Positions 1 through 10,360 of a DNA stretch of 64,000 bases are shown here, piece by piece. The stretch covers positions 8,596 through 72,595 of the forward strand of contig JAKSAX010000149.1 in the NCBI GenBank assembly GCA_022361395.1. The letters run 5' to 3'. Made by a program: the position numbers and the translations under genes. The stretch is from Desulfobacterales bacterium. GTDB taxonomy: Bacteria > Desulfobacterota > Desulfobacteria > Desulfobacterales > Desulfobacteraceae. The notes under the pieces are model-generated. The model was not told where the DNA came from and did no database searches. It saw only the letters and a program-made list of their open reading frames with translations. How positions within the stretch are numbered: position 1 is the stretch's first letter; every line of letters starts with the position of its first letter.

Positions 1-116
1 GTACCAATTTTGATGACAGCCTGTACAAAAACTGGATAACCATCAATGAAATCATACGGAAAAAAGGGATTGAAGCCTATTGCGAACAGGCCAGGATGCG
101 CCCCAGATACGGATGA
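1..116 (+). CDS. 3' end of a gene truncated by the window edge (hypothetical; possibly DUF3795-like C-terminus)
   Basis: Open frame ...TNFDDSLYKNWITINEIIRKKGIEAYCEQARMRPRYG* ends at TGA 114-116. The family guess is weak. Confidence 0.5.
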   Translation, partial: TNFDDSLYKNWITINEIIRKKGIEAYCEQARMRPRYG

Positions 117-685
117 GGCTGGGCCGGTATCCGCCACCGGTTATTTTTACTTTTTTTCACCTGCCATGGGTGCTTTTTCACTCTTTTCCGGCGGGCCTGA
201 AAATTCCGGGCCCGCATAATTTACCGCATAATTTATCTTGCTAACCCGCCTTTTCTTATCTACAATCAATATCAACAGGGAATACTATCCGGAAACGCTT
301 CATATTCTTTTTTAACTGTTTTACAGTTTTTAAACATTCCCGGCTTTCTTACTCGGCATACAACTCGTTTTCTCCCTTACCTATTTAATAAGGGAGGCTA
401 TTTTATTGGAGGTTTAGTCATAACACCTATTTTCTATAGGTATTAAATAGGTGATTATAGAGGACTCCAAATTCTTGGTTTTGTGTAGGATTTTTTATAT
501 ATTTTTACAGCTTTTGTTAAGTCACCGCCAGTTAGGCAAGAAACATAATAACTGGCAAGCTTACCACAAGTCAGCCACACCAAACACACACCTTTTTATG
601 AAGTCCCTGAGAGAGGTGTAGCTGTTTAACGGGTGGCAGAGGGTTTATAACCATAGTTTAACTTGCCGGAATTTAATAACTTACC

Positions 686-3600
686 ATGGACAGACGTTTA
701 ATTTTTACTTATCTGGGAGCGTTTCTTTGCGGGGTCTTCATAATGGCCGGTGTCCTGAGATTTATATATCTCAGCGTGACCAACACCCATCAGACACGCA
801 TCGAGGCAAAAGAAAAAGATTACGTTAACCTGCAAAAATCAATTATTACCCGGCATTTTTACGGGATTGTTTCCGATCTTGAAATCTTATCCGAATTCCA
901 TGAGTTAAAAAAACTTGCCGGGAATAGCGAAGCCTATGCGGAACAGGACCTGGAGTATGATTTTCTCTCTGTTTCCAGGCGGAAAACCATATATGACCAG
1001 ATACGGTTTATCGACAAAAACGGATTGGAAATCATCCGGGTCAACTACAATAACGGGGATCCCCAGCTCGTTCCGGATGCCCTGCTCCAGAACAAGGCCG
1101 GCCGGTACTATTTTAAAAATGCCATGGCTGAGGGTGAAAACCAGATCTATATTTCACCCATTGATTTAAATGTTGAAAACGGCCGGGTGGAAAGGCCCTT
1201 TAAACCGATGCTCAGGTTCGGCACCCCGGTCCTGGATGCCATGAAAGTCAAACAGGGTGTGCTGATCCTGAATTACAATGCCTCTGACCTGCTCTCTGAG
1301 TTTAAGAGCATCCCCAGAAACACACCCGGAAAAACCTGGCTGTTAAATAAAGAAGGCTATTGGATTGTCGGTTCGGCACCCCGGGATGAATGGGGGTTTA
1401 TGTTTGAAAACGGAAAACAGAACACCCTCAGGCAGCGGATGCCCGATGCCTGGAAAAAGATTCACGGAAACGCCCGGGGACAATTCAACACCTCAAAAGG
1501 GTTTTTCACCTTTACCGAGTTTCAAATGGATAACCGCCGGGCCGGTTTCATCCTGAAAGAAGCGCCACGGAAACGGTTACCGGGCGCAGATACCCAGGTA
1601 TGGAAAATCGTATCATATATTCCCAATGGGATACTGGTTTCCGAATTGCGGAGCCATTCAATGGGGCTGGAAAAAAAACTGATCGGTATTTTCATTGTCC
1701 TGATTCTCTTCTACGGCATCATCATCTATTGCCTTGCCCTGGCCCAGCAGAAAAAAAATCAGGCTGAAGAACTCATAAAGCAGTACAATATCAATCTGGA
1801 GAAAAAGGTAAAACAGAGGACCGCGGAACTTCAAAAGGTGACAAGAGCTGTGGAGCAGAGTCCGGCAGCCGTTGTCATCACGGACCCCGAGGGAAAAATC
1901 GAGTATGTAAACCCGATTTTCAGCATCCTGACCGGATATACCGCTGATGAAGCCATTGGGAAGACGCCGCGCCTGCTGAAAGCCGACGGTGTGCATTCCC
2001 CTGAATTTTACAGGGAGATGTGGAAAACCATCCGGGCCGGACAGGTATGGCGCGGTGAGATGTGCAACCGGAAAAAAAACGGGAAGCTGTACTGGGAAAA
2101 CGCCTCCATATCCCCCATCGTGAATACCAACGGGGAAATAACCCATTTTGTTGCCGTCAAGGAAGACATCACCGAGAGCCGGGAGTTGCAGGAGCAATTG
2201 GTGCAGCAGAAAAAACTGATAGACATGCTGCATCAGTCAACCACCTCTTTTGTGGAAAAGGGCGATTTCAAAGCAGCCATGAACAACATGCTTGAAACAC
2301 TCCTGGAAATCACCGGCAGCGAGTACGGCTTTGTCGGGGAGGTGCTTCTGGATGAAGACGAGCGCCCCTATCTGAGAACCCATGCCATCAGCAATATCGC
2401 CTGGGATATTGAATCGGAGAAACTCTATGATGCGTCACGGGAGAGCGGGTTTAAATTTGACAATCCAGATACATTGTTCGGCCATGTGCTGACGTCGGGC
2501 AAAAGCCTTATGTGCACGGATCCCTTATCAGACCCCAGGGCCGGCGGCCTGCCCCCGGGCCACCCTGCCATGCATTCGTTTCTGGGCATGCCTATTCATT
2601 ACGGAAATGAAATGGTGGGAATGTACGCCATTGCCAACCGCCCGGGGGGGTATGACACCTCACTCCAGGCTTTTTTGACCCCCCTGAACGCAACCTACGG
2701 GGTATTGATCAACTACAGGCGGATAATGGATCTCAAAGAGCAGAACAGGCAGGCGCTTGTTGAGGCCAAGGAGATGGCCGAATCCGCAGCACGTATCAAA
2801 AGTGACTTTCTGGCGAACATGTCCCATGAGATCCGGACACCGCTGAACGCAGTCCTCGGTTTCCTGGACCTGGTGCTTGAAGATTCCGCACTCTCTTCCC
2901 GTCATAAAAAACACCTCACCACCGCAAAGACATCTGCCGCCGTGCTTTTAATGCTGATCAACGATATCCTTGATATCAGTAAAATGGAAAACAAAAAATT
3001 AGCCATTGAGCAAGGTCCCTTCAGCCTGGTCCAATTGATGGCTGAAATTCAGGCGACAATGGATATCACGGCCCGGGAAAAGGGGCTTATCCTGACCTTC
3101 GACATTGACCCGGATATACCGGGATTAATGCTCGGCGATCCCCTGCGGCTCCAGCAGATCATTGTGAACCTGCTGAGTAATGCCATCAAATTCACCCACG
3201 AGGGCAAGGTGGCCGTCATCATCGTCCCTGCCGGGAAAAAAGACCAGATCCGTTTCACCATAAAGGATACAGGCATCGGTATACCGGCGGACCGCCTGGA
3301 GACCATTTTTGAATCCTTTACCCAGGCAGATCCCTCAACCACCCGGAAATTCGGCGGAACCGGATTGGGAACAACCATTGCAAGGAACCTGGTGGCACTC
3401 ATGGGCGGTAAAATCTGGGTTGAAAGTGAAGAGGGTAAGGGAAGTTCATTCCATTTTACCATTACCGCACCTGCCACAGATAAAGTAACAAACACGATCT
3501 GTCTTGATGATATGTGCAGTGGCGGGGATAAATCCAACGGGGAAATTTCAGAACGCTGTTTCAGAATACTGGTGGCTGACGACGTTCCCGTCAACCTTGA

Positions 3601-4573
3601 ACTGGTCAGAATCTGCCTGGAAAAATACGGGCATGAGATCATAACGGCCGGAAACGGCAGGGAAGTCCTTGAAAAAATCTCAAAAGAAAATATAGACGTC
3701 ATTCTCATGGATGCCCATATGCCGGTAATGGACGGGCCGGAGGCGGCAAAACAGATTCGCGAACTGGAGGCCGGCAGTGACAGGCATATTCCCATCATTG
3801 CCATGACGGCTGCGGTCATGGAGGACGAAACCAGGCAGTATATCCAATCCGGGATGGATGCTGTTCTGGCCAAACCCATTGATTTTGACAATCTCCGCCG
3901 GATGATAGATGACATCGTACCGGACGATGCGGGGCAGCCCGCCGATAATACAAAAGAGCCCCTCCCCTCCCCGGAAACAGTGGAATTCCCCAGGCTGCCC
4001 GGGATAGACACCCAGGACGGAATAAAGCGGTGGCAGGACAGCAGCGCTTATACCCGTGCATTGACGGAATTCTCGCAAACATACGAAGACGCGGCTGCTA
4101 AAATAGCCGGTTTCCTGGAAAAAGGAGAGACAAAAAACGCCCATGAACTTGTTCACGCCATCAAAGGGGTGGCAGAAAATCTCTCCATGACACAGGTCGC
4201 CCGTGCGGCAAAAACCATTGACAGGGCCTTTAAAGAGAATCGTATACAGGGGGTTGCCTCGCATCTGCCGGTCCTTGCCGGAGGGCTGAAAGAGACGATT
4301 AATGCCCTGGGGGAACTGGAGGGGATAGAAGAGGTGAAAAGCAGCCCCGGAAGAAAGAGGGATCCGGAATCCGTGAAGGAGTTGCTTGCAAAAACCGGGG
4401 ACGCCATTGACCGGTACAACCCCTACAATGCCCAGCCCTTTTTATCGGAGCTGACTGACTGCCTCGGGTCTTCCTGCCTGCGTCCTGTCACCGAATGCCT
4501 TGACCGGTTCGACTTTGCAGGGGCAAAGGCGGAATTGGAAAAACTGGCCAAAACCCTTGGAACATACAACTGA
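686..4573 (+). CDS. Hybrid sensor histidine kinase (TM-dCache-TM, PAS, GAF, HisKA, HATPase, REC, Hpt)
   Basis: H-box FLANMSHEIRTPLN, N-box NLLSNAIKFT, G boxes DTGIGI and FGGTGLG, REC ILVADD...ILMDAHMP, Hpt VHAIKGVA, GAF DPRAGGLPPGHP. Confidence 0.95.
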   Translation: MDRRLIFTYLGAFLCGVFIMAGVLRFIYLSVTNTHQTRIEAKEKDYVNLQKSIITRHFYGIVSDLEILSEFHELKKLAGNSEAYAEQDLEYDFLSVSRRKTIYDQIRFIDKNGLEIIRVNYNNGDPQLVPDALLQNKAGRYYFKNAMAEGENQIYISPIDLNVENGRVERPFKPMLRFGTPVLDAMKVKQGVLILNYNASDLLSEFKSIPRNTPGKTWLLNKEGYWIVGSAPRDEWGFMFENGKQNTLRQRMPDAWKKIHGNARGQFNTSKGFFTFTEFQMDNRRAGFILKEAPRKRLPGADTQVWKIVSYIPNGILVSELRSHSMGLEKKLIGIFIVLILFYGIIIYCLALAQQKKNQAEELIKQYNINLEKKVKQRTAELQKVTRAVEQSPAAVVITDPEGKIEYVNPIFSILTGYTADEAIGKTPRLLKADGVHSPEFYREMWKTIRAGQVWRGEMCNRKKNGKLYWENASISPIVNTNGEITHFVAVKEDITESRELQEQLVQQKKLIDMLHQSTTSFVEKGDFKAAMNNMLETLLEITGSEYGFVGEVLLDEDERPYLRTHAISNIAWDIESEKLYDASRESGFKFDNPDTLFGHVLTSGKSLMCTDPLSDPRAGGLPPGHPAMHSFLGMPIHYGNEMVGMYAIANRPGGYDTSLQAFLTPLNATYGVLINYRRIMDLKEQNRQALVEAKEMAESAARIKSDFLANMSHEIRTPLNAVLGFLDLVLEDSALSSRHKKHLTTAKTSAAVLLMLINDILDISKMENKKLAIEQGPFSLVQLMAEIQATMDITAREKGLILTFDIDPDIPGLMLGDPLRLQQIIVNLLSNAIKFTHEGKVAVIIVPAGKKDQIRFTIKDTGIGIPADRLETIFESFTQADPSTTRKFGGTGLGTTIARNLVALMGGKIWVESEEGKGSSFHFTITAPATDKVTNTICLDDMCSGGDKSNGEISERCFRILVADDVPVNLELVRICLEKYGHEIITAGNGREVLEKISKENIDVILMDAHMPVMDGPEAAKQIRELEAGSDRHIPIIAMTAAVMEDETRQYIQSGMDAVLAKPIDFDNLRRMIDDIVPDDAGQPADNTKEPLPSPETVEFPRLPGIDTQDGIKRWQDSSAYTRALTEFSQTYEDAAAKIAGFLEKGETKNAHELVHAIKGVAENLSMTQVARAAKTIDRAFKENRIQGVASHLPVLAGGLKETINALGELEGIEEVKSSPGRKRDPESVKELLAKTGDAIDRYNPYNAQPFLSELTDCLGSSCLRPVTECLDRFDFAGAKAELEKLAKTLGTYN

Positions 4574-4580
4574 GGAAAAA

Positions 4581-5672
4581 ATGAAGAGCCGATGGAAAGT
4601 GCTTATAGCGGATGACGAGCCGAACAACCTGAGATTAATGGGCCAGATTTTAAAAAACCATTACCAGCTTTCCTTTGCCACGGGCGGCGTAATGGCATTG
4701 GAGGTGGCCCGTAAAATCAATCCTGACATCATCCTTCTTGATATCATGATGCCGGACATGGACGGCTATGAGGTCTGCACCCACCTGAAGGCAGATCCGG
4801 AAACAGCAGGGACCCCCGTGATTTTCGTCAGCGCCATGGGAGAGGGGGAAGATGAACTGCGCGGCTTTGACGCCGGCTGCGTGGACTATATCACAAAACC
4901 GGTATCCGCCCCCATTGTCATGTCCAGGATAAAGACACACCTTACACTATTTGACACCCACCGGAAGCTTGAGGAAATGGTTGAACAGAGAACCGGACAG
5001 CTGAGCCGGGCGGTTCAGAAACTGGAAAAATACTCCCTTGAAACCATCCACAGACTGACCAGGGCAGCTGAATACAAAGATGAGGACACCTTTTTACACA
5101 TACTGCGCATGAGCCACTATTCGGTTGCCGTTGCAAAGCAGATGGGGCTTGATGAAAAAGAGACCAACTCCATTCTCCATGCCGCCCCCATGCATGACCT
5201 GGGTAAAATAGGCGTACCGGACAGCATCCTTTTAAAACCCGGAAAACTTACCGCCGAAGAATGGGAAATCATGAAACAGCATACCCTGATCGGCGGAGAG
5301 ATACTAAGCGGGTCTGAAGCGGAATATGTAAAACTCGGGGAGACGATCGCCCTGACCCACCATGAAAAATGGGACGGCAGCGGTTATCCCAAGGGTCTGA
5401 CAGGCCATGATATCCCCCTGGCGGGAAGGATTGTAGCCATTGCAGATGTTTTTGACGCCCTGACCTCAAAACGGCCCTATAAGGATCCGTTTTCAATTGA
5501 AAAATCCTTTGCCATCATCTCCGAGGGCAGCGGAAACCACTTTGACCCCGATGTGGTGGATGCTTTCTTTGCAGTGAAGGATGAGATTCTGTCCATTAAG
5601 GAGAAGGCAAATTCACAGGCGGAGAGCGATTTCCGCCACTATTCAAAAGCCGGCCCCGGCACAAATTTATAA
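4581..5672 (+). CDS. Response regulator with HD-GYP c-di-GMP phosphodiesterase domain (RpfG family)
   Basis: REC VLIADD...LLDIMMP, then HDLGKIGVPDSILLKPG and HHEKWDGSGYP. Start moved to ATG 4581, preceded by GAGGA. Confidence 0.95.
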   Translation: MKSRWKVLIADDEPNNLRLMGQILKNHYQLSFATGGVMALEVARKINPDIILLDIMMPDMDGYEVCTHLKADPETAGTPVIFVSAMGEGEDELRGFDAGCVDYITKPVSAPIVMSRIKTHLTLFDTHRKLEEMVEQRTGQLSRAVQKLEKYSLETIHRLTRAAEYKDEDTFLHILRMSHYSVAVAKQMGLDEKETNSILHAAPMHDLGKIGVPDSILLKPGKLTAEEWEIMKQHTLIGGEILSGSEAEYVKLGETIALTHHEKWDGSGYPKGLTGHDIPLAGRIVAIADVFDALTSKRPYKDPFSIEKSFAIISEGSGNHFDPDVVDAFFAVKDEILSIKEKANSQAESDFRHYSKAGPGTNL

Positions 5673-5707
5673 TCATACTTTTTTTAACCCTTTAGGAGTA
5701 ATATTAA

Positions 5708-7363
5708 ATGCCGATCAGATACAAGTTGGGATTCATCGTTGCAGGATTATCTTTTATTATTTTAGCCATGTTTTTGGTAACATGGTATACCACCACCTCA
5801 CAAAAGGCCGACGGCCTTGTGATCAACCTTGCCGGCCGGCAACGCATGCTTTCCCAGAAAATGTCCAAAGAGCTGTTTTTCTTTTTTGCCGAAACCGATA
5901 CGGCTGCAAAGGAGAAGCTTGCCGCAAGTACCCTCAACACGATGAAAATATTTGACATCACCCTTTCCGCCCTCACGGTTTCGGGCAAGGCCCCTTTTAC
6001 ACTGAACCTGGAAGGAAAATATGCTGACTGCCCCAAAGCGGCGGAACCGGCCTTTTCCCAGCTCAAGAAAGTTGACGGGATATGGAAGGATTTTTCCATG
6101 CACCTGCAAAATGCCCTGTCCGGGGGTACCGGCACCTCAGAAAGCCTGGACTATATAAAAAAGAATAATATAACGCTCCTGAAAGAGATGAATAAGGCTG
6201 TTGTAATGCTTCAGAAACTCTCTGAAAAAAAGGTTACCCGCCTGATCCTCTTTCAAACCATCGGCCTGGCTGCCGGCGCCCTTCTTCTGGCAGCCAGCCT
6301 GCTCCAGATCCGCGGGATCGTTAAAAATCTTCTCCAGTCCTCCCAGACAGCTCTCAGCATGAGCAAGGGAGATTTGACAATGCGGTTTGATACAGCGGAT
6401 AAACCAAGGGAAAAACTGGATGAACTGGATTTCCTGGGGTATAACTTAACCAGATTTGCCCAGTCACTTCAGCAAAACATGAAAAAGATATACCAGGAGG
6501 CACAAAACTTAAACACCTCATCAACCGAAATGAATAAGGTGGCTGCAGACCTATCCAACGAGGTAAACACATCTTCGGAAAAAACCGGCCATGTTGTTTC
6601 CCGGACCAGCAGCATGAGTGAAGACATGAATGCGGTGGCCGCAGCCATGGAAGAGCTGAATGCAAACACCCGCCAGATAGCGGAGTCCACCTCCAGGATC
6701 TCCGACTCCAGCAAAGACATCGCACACAATGCAGACAAGGCCAGCCACATCTCCGAACAGGCGGTTCACCGGGTTGACTCAGCCACCGCAAGGGTTGACG
6801 ATCTTGGTGATGCAGCCAAAAAAATCGGCAATGTTTCCGAAACCATTACCGATATCTCGGAACAGACAAACCTCCTTGCCTTAAATGCAACCATTGAAGC
6901 GGCCCGGGCCGGGGAAGCCGGAAAAGGGTTTGCCGTTGTTGCCAATGAGATAAAAAGCCTTGCGCACCAGACCTCGGAGGCCACGGAACAAATCAAGGAG
7001 AACATCAGCTGGATTCAGGGGGCAACATCTTCCACGGTTGACGATATCAGGGAAATTTCCCAGGTAATCACAGAGGTAAACACCATTGTCAAAAACATCT
7101 CCCTCTCAGTCACCGATCAGACCAATACCATAACTGAAGTCAGCAGCAACGTCTCCCAGGGTGCGGACGCACTCCAGGAAGTCAGTTCAAATGTTGCCAG
7201 CACCTCTGCCGGTTCCTTTGAGATTGCAGGGGACGTGGATGATGTGGGACAGTCCATTTCCCTGGTGTCCGCCAATTCAGAGAGCATCGCCAGCAATGCG
7301 GAACAGCTTTCCCAGCTGTCGGCCCAGCTTCATGAGATGGTTGACCATTTCAAGATTGAATAG
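5708..7363 (+). CDS. Methyl-accepting chemotaxis protein with PilJ/NarX-like periplasmic domain
   Basis: Two TM segments, [12 protein letters not shown] (P-box-like), signalling tip [27 protein letters not shown]. Confidence 0.95.
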   Translation: MPIRYKLGFIVAGLSFIILAMFLVTWYTTTSQKADGLVINLAGRQRMLSQKMSKELFFFFAETDTAAKEKLAASTLNTMKIFDITLSALTVSGKAPFTLNLEGKYADCPKAAEPAFSQLKKVDGIWKDFSMHLQNALSGGTGTSESLDYIKKNNITLLKEMNKAVVMLQKLSEKKVTRLILFQTIGLAAGALLLAASLLQIRGIVKNLLQSSQTALSMSKGDLTMRFDTADKPREKLDELDFLGYNLTRFAQSLQQNMKKIYQEAQNLNTSSTEMNKVAADLSNEVNTSSEKTGHVVSRTSSMSEDMNAVAAAMEELNANTRQIAESTSRISDSSKDIAHNADKASHISEQAVHRVDSATARVDDLGDAAKKIGNVSETITDISEQTNLLALNATIEAARAGEAGKGFAVVANEIKSLAHQTSEATEQIKENISWIQGATSSTVDDIREISQVITEVNTIVKNISLSVTDQTNTITEVSSNVSQGADALQEVSSNVASTSAGSFEIAGDVDDVGQSISLVSANSESIASNAEQLSQLSAQLHEMVDHFKIE

Positions 7364-7380
7364 ATTTCCCAGGCAGAACT

Positions 7381-7430
7381 TTAGGGATTGCGCAAAAATC
7401 AAGTCACCTTCTGTTTTGCGCAGTCCCTAA
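7381..7430. repeat. Short copy of the GGGATCGCGCAAAA palindromic repeat family; probable bidirectional terminator
   Basis: TTAGGGATTGCGCAAAA (7381-7397) pairs with TTTTGCGCAGTCCCTAA (7414-7430). It lies between convergent genes. Confidence 0.75.
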
Positions 7431-7458
7431 GGGCAAACAAATACAATGGGGGCGGGGC

Positions 7459-8580
7459 TCAGGCAAAGCTGCCGGCAATATGCCTTAACCGTTCAAGCCC
7501 CCATTTTATGTCTTCCGCATTACAGGCGGGAAAGGTCAGTCTGACCACCAGTCCGTTTTTCTGTTTTGCCTCCCTCAAATCAGGGGCGACCGCATCCCAG
7601 GCAGGGGTGATACTGATGCCTTCTTCTTGGGCTGCAGCCAGAAATGCCTCCTCTTTTTCAGGGGTGATCCCCGGCAGGCTGATACAAGAGAAAAAACCGC
7701 CGTCAATCTTGCAGGGGAATGCCCCGGGAAAATTCTCATTCAACACGGTGTTCAGGGCATCCATTTTAGGCTTGTACAATTTGCAAAGATATTTCAGATA
7801 CGCATCATACCCGCCGGATTCAATGAATCCGGCAATAAAGCCCTGGGTGGGCAGATTGGGATTCAGCCGGGTATTGGCAATGATCTTCGTCATCAGATCC
7901 AGAAGATTTTCCGGGATTACCATATATCCGCACTTGGTTCCCGGTGAAATGGTCTTTGTAAACGAACTTACCAAAACAGGTCCGTGACCGGAGACGGGGA
8001 TGGGCTCATTTTTATTTCCGTCGTACCGCAGGGCTTCATAACAGATATCCCAGATACAGAGTACATCAGCGGCTCTGCATATATCCTCGGCAGCTTTCCG
8101 GTTCCCGGGCAGATAGTTGATGCCCGTGGGATTCTGGTGAAAGGGGATACCGTAAAAGGCGGCAACGGATTCCTTCCGGAGCGTTGACTTCAATTGATCC
8201 AGATTTATGCCCTCTGCCGTTAATTCCACACCGACCAGATGATGGCCGTACCGCTGAGCATCAAAAATGACACGGTCATAGGTCATCTCCTCCACGGCAA
8301 TTTTGCTTCCCTTGGGCAGGGATTTGAAAAGAAGGGAGATCATCTCCATGCCGCCGTTACCGGCGATAACCCGATCCGGATGGACATTATAAACGGCAGC
8401 CAGGAGATCCCTTAGGGGTTTGAAACCGTTAAAATGCCCGTATTGAAGCACCTGGGTCTGATACTTGTTTACCGTTTGCTCATACCCTTGCGCCACCATG
8501 GGCCTGAGTTCCGCCAATGCTTCTTCAGCCGGCACACCCCTGAGAAAATTCACCCTTCTGTTTTTATCTGTGTCACCCAT
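7459..8580 (-). CDS. PLP-dependent aminotransferase class I/II (LysN/MocR-like catalytic domain)
   Basis: HQNPTG, WDICY, PLP-lysine motif SFTKTISPGTKCGY. Confidence 0.9.
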   Translation of the reverse strand: MGDTDKNRRVNFLRGVPAEEALAELRPMVAQGYEQTVNKYQTQVLQYGHFNGFKPLRDLLAAVYNVHPDRVIAGNGGMEMISLLFKSLPKGSKIAVEEMTYDRVIFDAQRYGHHLVGVELTAEGINLDQLKSTLRKESVAAFYGIPFHQNPTGINYLPGNRKAAEDICRAADVLCIWDICYEALRYDGNKNEPIPVSGHGPVLVSSFTKTISPGTKCGYMVIPENLLDLMTKIIANTRLNPNLPTQGFIAGFIESGGYDAYLKYLCKLYKPKMDALNTVLNENFPGAFPCKIDGGFFSCISLPGITPEKEEAFLAAAQEEGISITPAWDAVAPDLREAKQKNGLVVRLTFPACNAEDIKWGLERLRHIAGSFA

Positions 8581-8761
8581 TTTAACATCCTTTCGCTGCG
8601 TTCTGCCGTATCAGGCATATATGGTAATATGCCGGTTTGATTCTCCCAATGACAAGCCATCTCTTTTTCACAGATTTCCCCTTAAATCAAGTTTATATTA
8701 ATGTTCTATAATATTTTTTACAGGTTGTGCAGACCGGCCCGCATTGCCATGGGCCGCAATC

Positions 8762-8907
8762 CAGGGTATAGGCATCTAACTTTCAGACCTAATGATTTCA
8801 ATCACTTACTTTTGTACAGGCAATCCAAGGCAAAATCCGGATAACGCATAAGTGTCCAAAACCTTTAAAAATCAAAAACCGTGTCAAGTTTATAGACGAT
8901 TGCCCTG
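8762..8907. mobile_element. MITE copy 1 (CAGGG...CCCTG ends, ISAs1-like), degenerate 10-bp target duplication
   Basis: 146 bp, aligns with 9681-9822. Flanks are GGCCGCAATC (8752-8761) and GGTTGCAATC (8908-8917). Confidence 0.8.
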
Positions 8908-8983
8908 GGTTGCAATCCGGCAGCCGTTGTATTATTAAAGTATACCAAGATCAACCCACTATCACTCAGCACAGGAACGGCAG

Positions 8984-9640
8984 ATGAATAAAGAGATTTA
9001 CAACACCCTTCGGAACCGGATTATCTATCTGGATTATGAACCCGGACTCATCCTCAAGGAGCAAACCCTTGCCGAGGAATTCGGGGTCAGCAGAACCCCC
9101 CTGCGGACCGTGCTGTTCCGGCTGGAATGGGAACACCTGGTAAAAATCCTGCCCAGGACCGGCATCCTGATCATGGAACTGGAGCTGAGCTCCATTACCA
9201 ATGTGTTCCAGGCAAGGCTGGAGCTTGAGGCGGTGATCGGCACCATGGCGGCGGAGCGGATGAACAGGGACAGGCTTGACCGGCTGATAAAACTCCAGTC
9301 GGATTGCGAAGCCCTGAAAGACAACATTGCTCCCCGGGCACTGGGGGACCTGGACATGGCAAATAAACAGCTCTTCCACGAGTCAGCCGGCAACCCCTTT
9401 CTCATTGAAATGTCAGAACGTCTTTATTCCCTGACCTTCAGGCTCTGGTATTTTAACATGCTCAAAATGGATCGCACCACATGGAACCTGGAGGTAGATG
9501 CGGTTCAAGAGGATCTGGTAATCCTTGCGGACCTGCTCCGGAAAGGTACACCGGAAGAGACGGGCAGGGCCAGGAAAGAGCAGTTGCTTAAACATCTTAA
9601 ACGGATCAGGTCTTCATTCCTGGGATTGACCGGGCTCTAA
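8984..9640 (+). CDS. GntR family transcriptional regulator (FCD-type)
   Basis: wHTH LKEQTLAEEFGVSRTPLR. Divergent from the aminotransferase. Confidence 0.93.
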   Translation: MNKEIYNTLRNRIIYLDYEPGLILKEQTLAEEFGVSRTPLRTVLFRLEWEHLVKILPRTGILIMELELSSITNVFQARLELEAVIGTMAAERMNRDRLDRLIKLQSDCEALKDNIAPRALGDLDMANKQLFHESAGNPFLIEMSERLYSLTFRLWYFNMLKMDRTTWNLEVDAVQEDLVILADLLRKGTPEETGRARKEQLLKHLKRIRSSFLGLTGL

Positions 9641-9680
9641 CAGGGCAGATCAAAAGATCTTATACTTCAGGCAGCAGGTT

Positions 9681-9822
9681 CAGGGTCAACGCAAGTAACT
9701 TTTCAGATGATTCCAATACGTTACTTTTGTACAGGCAATCGCAGGCAAAATCCGGATAAGGCATAAGTGGCCAAAACCTTTGAAAATTAAAAACCGTGCC
9801 AATTTTATATGCGATTGCCCTG
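9681..9822. mobile_element. MITE copy 2 (CAGGG...CCCTG ends, ISAs1-like), perfect 10-bp target duplication
   Basis: 142 bp with imperfect TIR CAGGGTCAACGCA / TGCGATTGCCCTG. GCAGCAGGTT occurs at both 9671-9680 and 9823-9832. Confidence 0.85.
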
Positions 9823-9913
9823 GCAGCAGGTTCCTGAGATCTTGACTTCAAAGGCGGGCCTGTCTATAATCGGTGGACTTTTGCTATATATCACAATCTT
9901 TAAGGTCTGAGTT

Positions 9914-10360
9914 ATGAAAAAGGCATGGCTTACAATTATATCTCTCCTGATCCTGCTGCCGGGTACTGCGGACAGGGTATTTTCCGAAACCCATGCGGCA
10001 ATGGTCAAAAGCACCTCGGGGCAGGTGAGCATCCTGCGCCGGGATCAAAGTGTACCTGCCCGGGTGGGAATGCTTCTCCTCAACGGGGATACAATTGTAT
10101 CCGCACACAAAGGGTACGCCGGTATAATGTTCACCGACGGAACGGTGATTACCCTGGGCCCGGAAACGGATTTCCGTATCAACACCTATGTGTTTTCCCC
10201 TGAAACCGGCAATTACGATTTTTTCTTTTACCTGGACAAAGGGTCAGCTGTCTATCATTCCGGGAAAATCAGCAAACTCTCCCCGGAATCGGTTAAGGTG
10301 GCCACTCCCAAAGCAACAGTGGGGATCCGGGGAACCCGTTTTATCATCAAGGTGGATTGA
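9914..10360 (+). CDS. Secreted FecR-domain protein
   Basis: Signal peptide, FTDGTVITLGPET and VATPKATVGIRGTRF motifs. Confidence 0.88.
   Translation: MKKAWLTIISLLILLPGTADRVFSETHAAMVKSTSGQVSILRRDQSVPARVGMLLLNGDTIVSAHKGYAGIMFTDGTVITLGPETDFRINTYVFSPETGNYDFFFYLDKGSAVYHSGKISKLSPESVKVATPKATVGIRGTRFIIKVD

Noticed and set aside
212-235. Exact 12-bp tandem duplication CCGCATAATTTA x2 after a GC hairpin (191-215)
   Set aside because: Only two units with no spacer. It could be slippage, an excision scar or a regulator site, and nothing in the sequence discriminates between these.
600-660. CTGAGA suggesting a TPP riboswitch
   Set aside because: The downstream ACCC/GAACCTGA and AGGGA elements are absent and the genes are not thiamine-related.
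8762-9822. Composite transposon carrying gntR
   Set aside because: Each MITE has its own target duplication and the outer flanks differ, so these are independent insertions.
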